Shown here piece after piece: positions 25,309 to 37,737 of a stretch of 64,000 nucleotides of DNA. The number at the start of each line of letters is the position of its first letter. Within the stretch, counting starts at the first letter, position 1. Both the position numbers and the translations under genes were made by a program. The DNA is taken from NCBI GenBank assembly GCA_951406725.2, contig OX597821.1, positions 88,226,001 through 88,290,000 on the forward strand. Direction: 5' to 3'. Under the pieces are notes generated by a model that did not search any database, was not told the DNA's origin, and saw only the letters and a program-made list of their open reading frames with translations. Source of the stretch: Octopus vulgaris (taxonomy: Eukaryota).

Positions 25309-26103
25309 TCTTCTTAATCCTTTTTCCCCTTGTGGAGCATAGGGCCTCAGCAGTTATTTTCCGCAGTCATTGGCGTGTTTCTTGGCTGCTTCCCATGTCA
25401 GGCCGGTGGTCCTGGGCTCGTCCAAAATGCTCCGCTTCCATGTCTGCTGCGGGCGTCCTCGTTTCCTTTTCCCCTGCGGGTTCCAGTCAAGTGTTTGTGT
25501 TGTCACATTTGAGGGTTCTTTCCGCAGTGTGTGTCCGATCCATCTCCATTTCCTTCGTCTAATCTGAACATGTATGGGCTCCTGGTCGGCCTTTTCCCAC
25601 AGGTCGGTGTTTGGCACTCTGTCGAAACACTTCAGATGGAGGATCTGCCAGAGACATTTGTTGATGAAGGTCTGGATCTTCTTGTAGTTGCTGCAGGTGG
25701 CTCTCCATGTTTCAGAGCCATACAAAAGCACAGATTTTACGTTTTAAGTAAATAAGCGGGCAAGGTATTCAGTGGACATTGATGAACAAGCTGGAGGACT
25801 TGGACTACGTAGATGATCTCGCGCTACTGTCACATCGCCTGCAAGACATGCAAGATAAGGTAGACCACCTGACAGAAACTTCACAGCTGGGAAAAGACAA
25901 AAGTGCTGCGTATCAACAACAAGCAGGAAGAGCCAGTCACAATCTAGGGGGCACCTGTGGAGGACGTTAGTGAGTTTGTCTATCTTGGCAGCCAGGTCAG
26001 TAAATCAGGTGGATCAGATAAGGACATCACGGCAAGAAGCAAGAAGGCTTGGCATGCCTTCGCTATTCTTCAGCTGGTATGGAAGTCCACTGCCATCTCA
26101 ACG
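25309..26103 (-). mobile_element. 5'-truncated, 5'-inverted RTE-clade LINE insertion (RT pseudogene)
   Basis: Minus segment 25309-25751 reads VKSVLLYGSETW...RKWRWIGHTLR...GKRKRGRP and ends in a (GAA)n tail. Plus segment ~25754-26103 reads GIQWT...DLDYVDDLALL...FVYLGS...VWKSTAIST. TSD TACAGTACT at 25300-25308 and 26104-26112. Confidence 0.9.
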
Positions 26104-26891
26104 TACAGTACTAGTGAAGTATCAAGGCCTTGTATAGATGCTAGAAGTAAACATAAATACAACCAGGTTGTATTAATAATTACTTCAGAATTTTGTTGCA
26201 TCGGGTGCCACGATATTTTGTTGCATCTCTTAGCTATCTCGCTCCAAATTCTACTGAGTTCGACTGTGGTTATCACCCTTCCAAAAGCAATCATCTTAAT
26301 GCTAATCTAATATTGTAGTAACTAGCTATAGTTTCCCGCCAAAATGTGTAGCATTTTAACTAAGTCACAAACCAGTAATTTCTCCCGAGTAGTGGTTTGA
26401 CAGAATCAATATGAAGGCGAACAAAATACGGAGAAGAAAGGGTACCGTCCATATAAGTAGCGATATCTCTGTAAAACAAAGCAATTGTGTCGACTTGTAA
26501 TGTCGGTTTCGATTCCTTCTTTAGATAACAAAAGAAATGGCCGATGTCCAATTGTCTATAAATTATAATAGTTTATCACACGTACATACCCTGGCTCACA
26601 TGCTTACATATACATACAAATACATACATGTACACACACACACACACACAAACGCACACAAACACACACACACACACACGAGCAAGCACACACAATATAT
26701 ATATATATATAGTACAAAGTAAGATAGGGGTTATGAGGGTAACCCACTATGGGATATCAGTTATCCAATATACTGCTGGTGAAGCACCCAAATGCCAAAT
26801 ACATAAATGCTTATAATTGCAATGCAATTAATTCATTTATTGTATCGGATGGGCGAAGGTAAAATATTTGACCGTAAATTCATAATACAAA

Positions 26892-27120
26892 TAAGAAAAT
26901 GGAGGAACAAATTCATTTCAATCATCAACTTACAGATATTACCACTTCATATTATTTATTAACTAGGAACATCTAAATCCAACAAAACAATATACATCAT
27001 TGCATATTGATGTATATTGTTTTGTTCGATTTGGATGTTCCTATTTATATAGTTAATAAATAATATGATATGGTAATAGCTGTAAGTTGATGATTGAAAT
27101 GAATTTGTTCCTCCATTTTT

Positions 27121-27123
<3 letters not shown>
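26892..27123. mobile_element. Fold-back (palindromic) element, ~110-bp arms
   Basis: AAAATGGAGGAACAAATTCATTTCAATCATCAACTTACAG...ATACATCA is the inverse of TGATGTAT...CTGTAAGTTGATGATTGAAATGAATTTGTTCCTCCATTTT. The loop is ~8 nt and the element abuts (TA)n. Confidence 0.85.
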
Positions 27124-27216
<93 letters not shown>

Positions 27217-28130
27217 ATAAGTGGGCGTGGCCAAGCCGTTCGGGTACTGGTCTCCAAGACGTAAGGTTGTAGGCTTGGTTTCTGTGTCGTGTGATGCATT
27301 GTATCCCTGAACAAATCACTTCAGTTTACGTGGATCCGATCTACCGAAATTGCGTACCTGCTGAGACCTTCTACAGCTCCTTATCTGTCTTCCATTGTCA
27401 CGTCCTTAATGTCCCGGTGAGTCAATGATGCGAACACCGAGCTGGTGGTTATGTTTACACATTACTACATCTAATGTGTAAACTTCATATAAGGTTCATA
27501 CCAACTCACGACATCCACTGCTTCTTCGAAATCTGTAAATTTCTTGAATGAGAGCTGCCACCAGTTGTATTGCTGGCCACTTCTAGAAATAGGCAAGCGT
27601 TTCTTATGTCGTCTTTTCTGATTAACAACTAAACCAGCGATTCAGGGAAGAGTTGGTCATTTACTGTAGGTGCAAATGAATCTTCCCATCATCATAGTTG
27701 CACAAGAAATGACCAAGATCCCAAACAACCTCTGTGCGGATCAGCAATTGTATGCTTCCAGTTAGTCAAAATTGTATGCTCCAGTACTCGCCAATCATCG
27801 TGCGTAAACACAAATTCAATACAGGTAGCATTGAATTGCAAGCGGGTATGTGCTGGTAAACTGTAAAATGATTTCCATTAGTATATCAGGTGTCTACGTA
27901 GTGATGCACAGCTATAGGCTGCATTCCGGTCTTCACTTCCTCGACTGGGCACTATTTGCAACATGTGCCAGTTGGATGGGAAGATTATTGTTCTAAGACC
28001 TGATTGATACGCATTACAACTGAGTTGTGCAGCAACTTATAAACGAACACCTTGCTCGTGGACATATCGTGGCACCCGATGCAAGAATCATGATCACGAG
28101 TCCGACATCCGACCACGATGTACATGTATG

Positions 28131-28211
<81 letters not shown>

Positions 28212-28440
28212 GGTGCAAATAATGGTCATTACATATTTTCGTTTATTAGAGTAAAATTTGGCTTACAGTTGTTCCCAGTAGTTATTATAGGGACGTTACT
28301 GACAGGTTTACTCAACTGATCTATTGCTCATTTGAGGAAAATTGAACGACCTAAATAACTTAATGCTACTTTCATCAGTGCCATTTCTGGTTGTAACAAA
28401 GCAGAACACTGAATGAATGATATATATATATATATATATA

Positions 28441-28910
28441 TACTTTATATAATAAGGGTTCAGCAAAATAATTTACTTTACCACACACCGATCTTTTAGA
28501 AATAGCAGCCAAAGAATTTAGCTATTTCCCCTACTATAAGAAGAGTCTCCCAGACAATGTATACTGAAAAACAATTCACGTAGGCATAGAGGGAAAAATA
28601 ACGAAAACTAACCCAGAAACGCGTTCTCAAGTAATCGATTTTCGAGTGATCTTTCGTTATTTTTCCCTCTATGACTACGTGAATTGTTTTTGAGTATACA
28701 TTGTCTGGGAGACTCTTCTTACAGTAGAGGAAATAGCTAAATTCTTTGGCTGCTATTTCTAAAAGTTCGGTGTGTGGTAAAATAAATTTTTTCGCTGAAT
28801 CCTTATTATATAAAGTAATGTTTAAATTTACCGTAAATGGTCCTTTTACATACTGGACACTGCTTGGTAAAATTATTAAGTACTAATTAATTAATTTTAC
28901 CCTTATTATT

Positions 28911-28914
<4 letters not shown>
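28441..28914 (+). mobile_element. Fold-back element in (TA)n: ~166-bp inverted arms plus ~97-nt one-sided tail
   Basis: 28441-28606 is the inverse of 28652-28817 at high identity. An unpaired tail spans 28818-28914, and (TA)n flanks both sides. Confidence 0.85.
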
Positions 28915-28993
<79 letters not shown>

Positions 28994-28997
28994 CGGA

Positions 28998-29038
<41 letters not shown>

Positions 29039-29043
29039 CAGTC

Positions 29044-29330
29044 GGCACTCCGTCGGTTACGACGACGGGTGTGGTTCCATTTGACTCGACCAACGGAACA
29101 TTCTTCACGTGAAACCGACGTGTAAGAGGCTGAGTACTCCACAGACACGCATACCATTATCATAGCGCTCAGAGAGATTCAGCGTGCCGCAGAACGTAAC
29201 AAGGTTGGTCTTTTGAATCACTAGTGCAACTCAGTTTTGCCACCTGAGTGGACTGGAGCACACGGGAAAAAAAAGAGCATCTTGTTCCTGGCGATGCCAG
29301 GAATCAAACCTTTGTCACTTAGAACAAACA
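29044..29330 (-). mobile_element. SINE family D (CORE/V-like body; tail shared with family C copy 36710)
   Basis: GGCACTCCGTCGGTTACGACGAC...CAGCGTG...GCCACCTGAGTGGACTGGAGCA...GGAATCAAACC. Confidence 0.7.
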
Positions 29331-29335
29331 CATGA

Positions 29336-29367
<32 letters not shown>

Positions 29368-30624
29368 ACACATACACAAACAGACACTCACACAAATGCA
29401 CAAAAACATACACATATATGCACACACGTTTGTGTGTAAGTGTATCTATCAAGTAAGGACTGCTGGTGTGAATATGGTTTAGTATTCTAATGAGTGCATG
29501 AAAGATACAGTAAAGCCTGACGCATGCTTTCTTATTCATAATCCATTGAATCCTTCACTCGACTGAATGGCGTCTATTCATTTCTAATCCAGGTTAGCTC
29601 TATTTCTGTTTAGGGATATTATCACATCACCCGGATATAATTGCAAGAACAAATCATCCTGCACGATGGCATTAGGGTTCTTTCACAATGACGCTAGGGA
29701 ACTGAATGTCATTTTTAACGAAAGACATTATTGACAAAGGGAAAAATAATTGAATAAACTATATCGAATTTACGCTGAAAGCCTGTTAACAAAAAGCCGA
29801 TACACACAATATACCGTTTTTTTATATATATATTTTTTTTTTCGCATCTAAGGTGTGAATGATGCAACTTTGCTATTCCTCTACATCTTATTCCTAAAGT
29901 AGAACCACAATGATAAAATGTCAATGAGTTAGTCAATAAATGTAGCTTCTTCTCACTATTCCAGTCTAACAATAAGATGTTTTCTCTGGTATCTACAGAA
30001 AATGTAACATTCTTATTCAGGCATTCAATCGAATGAAATAAATCGAAATGTAGACCTGAGAATAAATTTTCCTTTTTTTCATCAAATATTATTACAGCTG
30101 TAAATTAACAAAATCTCTTTTCCTCCGTGGTAGTTTCTGCAATACAATTTGAGTCATATCCCTGCCATAAAAATTACTGGACCGACAAATATAACATTAT
30201 ATCCAGACACACATGTTTGGAAGATATTAAAATAGAAAATCCTAAAGCTATAACTACTAAAATTTCAATTACTTAAGGAATATGATATGCGAAATTTAGG
30301 TTAACAAGAAATTTTTAAGCTTCGAATCAATGAATATATAAACATGACTTCTTGCATTGAATAATTTTTCTCTTGGTTATATGAGCTCATTTCGTAAAAA
30401 CGAAATTCCATCTGCCATAAATGAAATAATAAATCCATAGTGGACATATGTGAGAAAGTTGTGGCTTGAAGATTTCGTTTAATAACTATGAAGAATCTGA
30501 CTCAAGCAGTGAGGGCTTCATTGTTTATACACACAGTTCCACAGTTTGGGACTAGATCGGTAAAAACTACTGATTAATTCAGAAGAAAGATGGGAAAATA
30601 TTCATTCTGATATACAGTATCATG

Positions 30625-30804
30625 TCCGGTAAGTTCACCGTCATCAATTTGCCTTATTTTGAAATAAAATAGATACAATAAATATTTTTTCGCGGTAAAC
30701 TTGCCTCGCGGTGAACTTTCTACACGATGAACATACTTCACAGTGAACTGATGACGGTGAACTTAACCTGCAGTGGATTGAAAGCGGCGAACTTACCTGT
30801 ATTC
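30625..30804. mobile_element. Short DNA-transposon-like remnant with ~15-bp subterminal tandem repeats
   Basis: GGTAAGTTCACCGTCATCA at the left is inverse to TGATGACGGTGAACTTAACC. There are about seven CGGTGAACT-like units at ~15-bp period in 30692-30797. Confidence 0.55.
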
Positions 30805-32137
30805 ATACAGAAGTACTTGAATAAGGGTGATCGTGATCTATGTTACAGTGTGGTTAAACCTGGGGTATGAGGTCATGGACTCAAACCTTGTATCGAAGAA
30901 CAAGGCATTCATTTCACTTTAGACCAGAACAGTAAGCAAAAAGTACATATCAACGTTCTCTGATCGTTAACAATGTAACGACCTGGCATTGTGATCAGTG
31001 TGGTAAGAAGTAGTTTTTTACCCTCCTCCTGATCAGTTTCAAGATAAGGTTAGAGGCCTCCAGGCCTGATAAGTTTCAGGATAAAATCCAAAGCCTCAAG
31101 GCCTGAGCAGCTTTTATCTCGAGAATTTCGTAACTTTTGTAGAACTACATGCATTAAAGTCCCTTGCGTGTGGTTTACCTAGCTAATTACACCAAAGCAT
31201 GTAGTCTACAGAGCCATGCGCAGCGTAGCAAATGATCTGCAGTAGGTATAGTAAATATCATTGTGAAGCAGGAAAATAACTAAAACATATCCACAGATGA
31301 TAGTAAATCCTTGTGTTTAATACTTTGTTGGGAAAATGCAGCAATTTCATTTTACATTGAAAATCATTCATATCAGTTAATTCATTAGGAATATATTATT
31401 TTGCAGAATTAAAACAGTATTACGTGCGAAAACACTGAAATTCTCAAAATACAATACTAAGGAAGTGTATAGGCTCTATGATAAATATACGTGCTTAGAC
31501 AAGTAAATGGGACATTAGATCAAAACCCTAGTTTCCCGATGGTAATCCATTGGACATCAATGATCCACAGTGGGATTTTCACTTAGATCCACTTTATATT
31601 AACTGGATAACTCTTATGGCTACATGGATAATGATATATATGGATAGACACGTAAGCATGATGAGATCAAATTGTTCAATTACTCCCGCTTACAGGCATA
31701 TACAAACACATACAAATATATGTTATACACTTACATAAATCTGTCATATATCCATATATATGTTTGTGTGTGCACTTTCGAGTATGTATCCGTGTTCATA
31801 TGTAGAATATGTGAATGCCTGCATATGCCTGTTCATGTTTACGTGTGTCCAAGTGTGTTGCATATTTGTGTGTATATGTGTGTACATTTATATTTGTGCA
31901 TGTATGTGAGTAATCTTTCGTATAATTCAGTTCTTCTGAAATAAATGTTTTTAACAAAATCCGTAGAAGTTGAAATATAGTAACAGAAGAGTAATATGTT
32001 TTTACTGTTCCATTTACGGCTTATATTTTAAAATTTACTTTATATCTGGTCACCGTCTTTGCTTCAAATCTTTAAATTTTCAACATTGTTATCATTCAAC
32101 TACGGCAGTAGTTGAATGATATTCTTAAGGCCAGAGG

Positions 32138-32340
32138 TCGGCGAGGTGGCAGAATCGCTAACACGCCGGGCGAAATGCATAGCGACATTTCGTCTATCTT
32201 TATGTTCTGAGTTTAAATTCCGCCTTTCATCCTTTCGGGGTCGATAAATTAAGTACCAGTTGCGTACTGTGGTCGATCTAATCGACTAGCCCCCCTGCCA
32301 CCAAATTTTCTGGCCTCGTGCCTGGAGTAGATAATGATAT
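32138..32340 (+). mobile_element. SINE family B
   Basis: GTCGGCGAGGTGGCAGAATCG...GCCTTTCATCCTTTCGGGGTCGATAAATTAAGTACCAG. It is flanked by a repeated ATGATATTCTTAAGGCC (probable TSD). Confidence 0.85.
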
Positions 32341-32567
32341 TCTTAAGGCCGCAGTTTACTCACACGCAGCACTTTTCAGAGCTTGTTTCTAATTCAGTTC
32401 TTAACCAAATGGAGAAATCGTTAACATTTTTGAAGAGGATTTGTCCCTAGCTACATTTTGGCATAAAGAAATATATTTCTAATGGTCCAGTAGAAGATGA
32501 TTACATCAAAATTTGCAGTGACGTTATGGGGAAGAAGTAACGCTACCAGTCAAGTTTAGTTCTAAGT

Positions 32568-33478
32568 AACTTTTTTTATTTTAAAAGCAAAATATATTTA
32601 TCTTAGCTTCAAGGATAGAAGAAAGCGTGAAGAATTTCATAGCTTTGATCCCATGTAACAAAAGTTTGTATAAAAAAAGTTGTGAGGGAAAAATATCATG
32701 AAAGAAAATATATATAAGGCAAAAAATTGGATTGAAGTATAATTAACTTTTTTATTTTAAAAACAAACTATATTTTAATTAAGCTTAAATGATAGAGCTC
32801 ATTTCGAGGAATTACATGGTCGCAATCTCATACAATGAAGTTTTAAAAGAAAAATGTTATGAATGTTTTTTTCTCAAATTTGAGAGTGATAATATAGTCC
32901 TATTTTTTTTTCTATGAATATAGTTCTAGGGGACTTTTGTTATATGTCACCGGTATCATTGAGATAAGGAAAACATTATCAATGACACCGCTAATTGACA
33001 CATTAGCATAATAGCATAGCCTGGAAAAAAACACGGATTACATGGGAAAATGCGAGCCAGAGAAATAATATTCTTAAGATGATAAATCTGGAAAAGTACA
33101 GGGCCAGTTATTACACTATGAAATGTTCGGGACAGGTTATACAGATCAAGAAAATTTTTACTTAAAATATTGAAGCTAAGGATAAAATACTTTAACTGGG
33201 TTATTATTTATTTTTAATATAAGTAACAAGTAATAACACACAGAAGTAATAACTTGTAATAAATTTTTTAGTTTTAATAAACGATAATATTTTCTAGATA
33301 TTTTATTTGAAATATTATCCTTAGCTGCAATAATTTAAGTAAAAACTTTCTTGTTCTGTACTTTTCCAGCTGTAGTAACCTGTCCTGAACTTTTCCAGGT
33401 GTAACAACTTGTCTTGTACTTTTCAAGATTAGTAATCTTAAGAATATTATTTCTCTTGCTCGCATTTTTCCATGTAAT
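32568..33478. mobile_element. Old composite foldback/MITE-like element: ~150-bp inverted repeat (33037-33190 / 33310-33478) plus upstream direct repeats with ~178-bp period
   Basis: ATTACATGGGAAAATGCGAGCCAGAGAAATAATATTCTTAAGAT is inverse to ATCTTAAGAATATTATTTCTCTTGCTCGCATTTTTCCATGTAAT. AACTTTTTTATTTTAAAA..AA..TATATTT..T.AGCTT occurs at 32568 and 32746. Confidence 0.65.
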
Positions 33479-34030
33479 ATACACATTTTCTAACATAGCT
33501 AGCTGTACCAAATTTCATAGATATAAATGTGTACATATCTGGAGAGAGAGCATCGATAATCTAAGAAGCAATTGGGTTTTATAACTTTAAGAAATTTATA
33601 GTTTTAGTGGCATTCAATTATATAAGACCCGATATAATTAAGATTGGTGCAACTTATATGTTTATCAAGATCTACCTACTTATTTTCGTATTCCTCACCA
33701 ATGGAAAAAAAAAAATTCGAATATTTATCTGTGATACAAACCTCTGGCATTGAACAGTAATGGGTTACCCACGGGTGTATATATACATCTACTCTTTTAT
33801 CTTTCACTTGCTTCAGGCATCAGACTGCGGCCATGCTGTGGCACCACTTTGAAAAGATTTTAGTTGAATGAATCGACACCAGCAATTTTTTTCTCTTTTA
33901 AAGTGATCGGTCATTCTGTCGAACTGTTAAATTGTGGGGACTTAAAAGCTCCAACTGTGGTTTCACTGGTTGTCTAGTGATAATGGGAGACATCCTCTGA
34001 CACTAACACACACATAAAGGCATATATATA

Positions 34031-34183
34031 ATGATATAGAATATGGAGAATTGTTCATCTTCAAAATTTAATTCTTCTTACTTTACAATTTTATACAATA
34101 TATTGTCGTTTTATGCTGTATAAAATTGTAAAATAATAGGAAATAAATCTTGAGGATGAACAAGTTTCCATATTCTATATCGT
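34031..34183. mobile_element. Short fold-back element (~67-bp arms)
   Basis: ATGATATAGAATATGGAGAATTGTTCATCTTCAA...TTTACAATTTTATACA is inverse to TGTATAAAATTGTAAA...TTGAGGATGAACAAGTTTCCATATTCTATATCGT. Confidence 0.75.
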
Positions 34184-34257
34184 AATAATTACTGCTAATA
34201 AATACTTCAGAAAATATTACCGTCTAGTGAAGCAAATATGGAATTACCATGCGGAGA

Positions 34258-34845
34258 AGGCTGCGAGCTGGCAGACACGTTAGCACGTCGGGCGAAATGC
34301 TTTGTTGTATTTCGTCCGCCGCTACTTTCTGAGTTCAAATTCCACCGAGGTCGACTTTGCCTTTCATCCTTTCGGGGTCGATTAAATAAGTACCAGTTAC
34401 GCACTGGGGTCGATGTAATCGACTTAATCCGTTTGTCTGTCCTTGTTTGTCCTCTCTGTGCTTAGTCCCTTGTGGGTAGTAAAGAAATAGGTGTTTCGTC
34501 TGCCGTTACATTCTGAGTTCAAATTCCGCCCAGGTCGACTTTGCCTTTCATCTTTTCGGGGTCGATTAAATAAGTATCAGTTACGCACTGGAGGTCGATA
34601 TAATCGATTTAATCTGTTTGTCTGTCCTTGTTTGTCCTCTTTGTGTTTAGCCCCTTGTGGGCAGTAAAGAAATAGGTATTTCGTCTGTCTTTATGTTCAG
34701 AGTTCAAATTCCGCCGAGGTCGACTTTGCCTCTCATCCTTTCGGGGTTCGATAAATTAAGTACCAGTTCCGTACTATGGTCGATCTAATTAACTGGCACC
34801 TTCACCTAAAATTTTGGGCCGTGTGCCTAGAGTAGGAAAGGAATT
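34258..34845 (+). mobile_element. SINE family B with body triplicated in tandem (~184-bp unit)
   Basis: GTATTTCGTC...TTCTGAGTTCAAATTCC...GGGGTCGAT recurs at 34307, 34491 and 34676. Confidence 0.9.
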
Positions 34846-34982
34846 ACTTAGCTGAGGATTTTACAGAGTGATAACTAATAGTAATAATAAACGTTAAATA
34901 CTGATGATCGATGTGGTTAGACGTAACCTGGAACTTAACAGAGAGCCACAACAGAGTCCGCTCGGATAATATATCCCTCCAA

Positions 34983-35017
<35 letters not shown>

Positions 35018-36709
35018 CATATGTCTAACATCTGCTCCAGGTACCACGCAGTGGGTCTCAACCCAGAACCGTTTAGTTAGGACGCCAACCTTCTTATCAC
35101 ACTGCTACGCACTGCTCCTATACGTGCATATAAAATGTATGTAGTATACATTTATGCATGCAATAACTTTTATGCATACGTGTGTATGTGCACGCGTGTA
35201 CATCTCTCTAGAAATAATTGTCATTACATCTATGGATCAGTATGCGTCGACATATTTTTGTGCATACATATACAAGATTGCATATCTACACGTATGCATA
35301 TGTACTTCAACATGCTAATCGCTTGGAATATTTGACATATTTTCACGTATGTATCTTTGTATGTACGCGCATATGTAAATATATAGTATGTATGTAGGCA
35401 TGTATATTCATATTTATATATTGCTATAAGCTGATGTTTTTGTTTAGCACACACACACACACACACACACATACACACACACTCACATACAGACATATTT
35501 TAGAAAAGATTTCTCGTTTTCTTCGTAAACATTTGCGCAAACATTCACCCTTTAAATTTTAAGAAGGTCCTGCAGATTTTTATTGTCACACATTGCGTGA
35601 TCATTTCAGACGGAAATTGAACGTATTTCCTTTAGTTTTCACCAAACACGTAACAGAAACTCCTGACACACAAAAACACACATCGCTCTTCCCATTCTCT
35701 CTCGCTCTCTCCTTCTCTCCTTCTCTCTCCCTCTCACTGCCTCTCTCTTTTCAGCGAACCAGGATGACACACCATTTCAATATTATCTCAATTGACAATC
35801 TCACATTAAGTAGAGACATTTTTTTTGCCCACCTCTCATTGATTCATTCCAACATTTTAATATATTGAATTGCTTCTGTTTAATACAATGTTTATTTTTT
35901 TTTATATTCATAAACGGGGACATTTTCATAATAATAATATTAGTTTTTTTGTGGGATTTTTCAGAATAAAAATAATACTAATGATAATAATAACAGAAAT
36001 AATAGAAATAATAATAACAATTATAATAATAATGATGACAATTATTATTATTACATTTCTGATAACGATACGACTAATACTACTACTAATAATAAGGATG
36101 ATGATGATGATGATGATGTTGGTGGTGGTGGTGGTGATGCGATTTGATTATGGCAGTGATAATATGCGAAATGATAAAAATCCAAAATTGTTGTCTCTAA
36201 AACCCATAGAAAAATTTCTGCATTTGGTAGAATGACAACAGTAACAGCATCAAATACACAAACATGCATTTACGCATATACACACTCGTATGCACACACA
36301 CACACACACACACAGAGAACCGCATACATATTCACTGTAACAGGCTCTCTCGCACGAGATCGCATTAATACAATTTAGATGCACAAACACACACACACAC
36401 ACACACACAGAAGCATTACATACGCATTAACGTATACAAAGAGAAAGATTTGTACACAATAACATAAACGTATAAAAAGCATATTTGTACACAAAACACA
36501 CACACAAACACACAGGGACTGAGTCAACAGTATAGAAATAGATTTGAGAGCTATGACTATCGTCTATTATACAGCAGTGAGACAGCAATGGAAAACAGAT
36601 ATGGTGAATACGTTTATCTTTGCGGAATCCTTCATGGTATGCGAGAGGACCAGCGACACTTAAGCTGAGATATGTTCTTAAGTATAACTGTATTTGTGCA
36701 TGTATGGGT

Positions 36710-37076
36710 GGAGGCGCAATGGCCCAGTGGTTAGGGCAGCGGACTCGCGGTTTCGATTCCCAGACCGGTCGTTGTGAGTATTTATTGAGCGAAAACACCT
36801 AAAAAGCTCCACGAGGCTCCGGCAGGGGATGGTGGTGATCCCTGCTGTACTCTTTCACCACAACTTTCTCTCACTCTTACTTCTTGTTTCTGTTGTACCT
36901 GTATTTCAAAGGGCCGGTCTTGTCACTCTCTGTGTCACGCTGAATATCCCTGAGAACTATGTTAAGGGTACACGTGTCTGTGGAGTGCTCAGCCACTTAC
37001 ACGTTAATTTCACGAGCAGGCTGTTCCGTTGATTGGATCAACCGGAACTCTCGTCGTCGTAACCGACGGAGTGCTT
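36710..37076 (+). mobile_element. SINE family C, tail type 2
   Basis: Family C head, then TGTACCTGTATTTCAAAGGGCC...GTCGTCGTAACCGACGGAGTGC. Confidence 0.85.
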
Positions 37077-37121
37077 CCACATTTGTGTATGTATATAAGG
37101 GTATACGCATGTATGATATAT

Positions 37122-37312
37122 GTAATTAGGTTTCTCAAAGCCACAAAGAAGAAGCTGTTTCGAAAACTGCAGATCCAAACCATCACTGGAACTGTAAAGA
37201 TCTGTAACACTTTCCAGAAGTTTATCCTTTAAGTATATTATGAGCACGACTAGACATGCAAATATAAACATGAGAAGATATACATAAGACAAAACATACA
37301 AGTCTGCACGTG

Positions 37313-37346
<34 letters not shown>

Positions 37347-37535
37347 CATACATACATACATACATATATACATACATACATACATACATACGTACGTACG
37401 TACATACATACATACATACAAAATTACCCTGTTGTTGATGTTGACATTCCAATGAAAGATACTCGAATCTAAGTTAGAATGCAGCTCTTTCTCTGCTGGC
37501 AAGAAATCTTGAAATAAAACTGAATATTGACGTAT
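37122..37535 (+). mobile_element. 3' end of an R4/Dong-like (RLE-type) non-LTR retrotransposon associated with (CATA)n
   Basis: The frame KLFRKLQIQTITGTVKICNTFQKFIL* resembles the LQxxxLLGTxxI C-terminus of RLE LINEs. The 3' UTR ends in (CATA)n. Confidence 0.55.
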
Positions 37536-37737
37536 ATACATGCATACATACATACACACACACATACATACATACATACATACATACATACATACATACA
37601 TACATACATACATACATACATACATACATACATACATACTTACATACATATTTTAGCATGCCACAATTGTTACCTCTGGCAGAGACAAAATTGATCCCCA
37701 AATGCAGAACTACCCACATGGCAAAGCATATATACAT

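Noticed and set aside
28027-28125. APE endonuclease remnant (QQLINE...SDH) or WD40 exon (ISWHP)
   Set aside because: The motifs are too short, neighbouring frames contain stops and there are no supporting splice sites.
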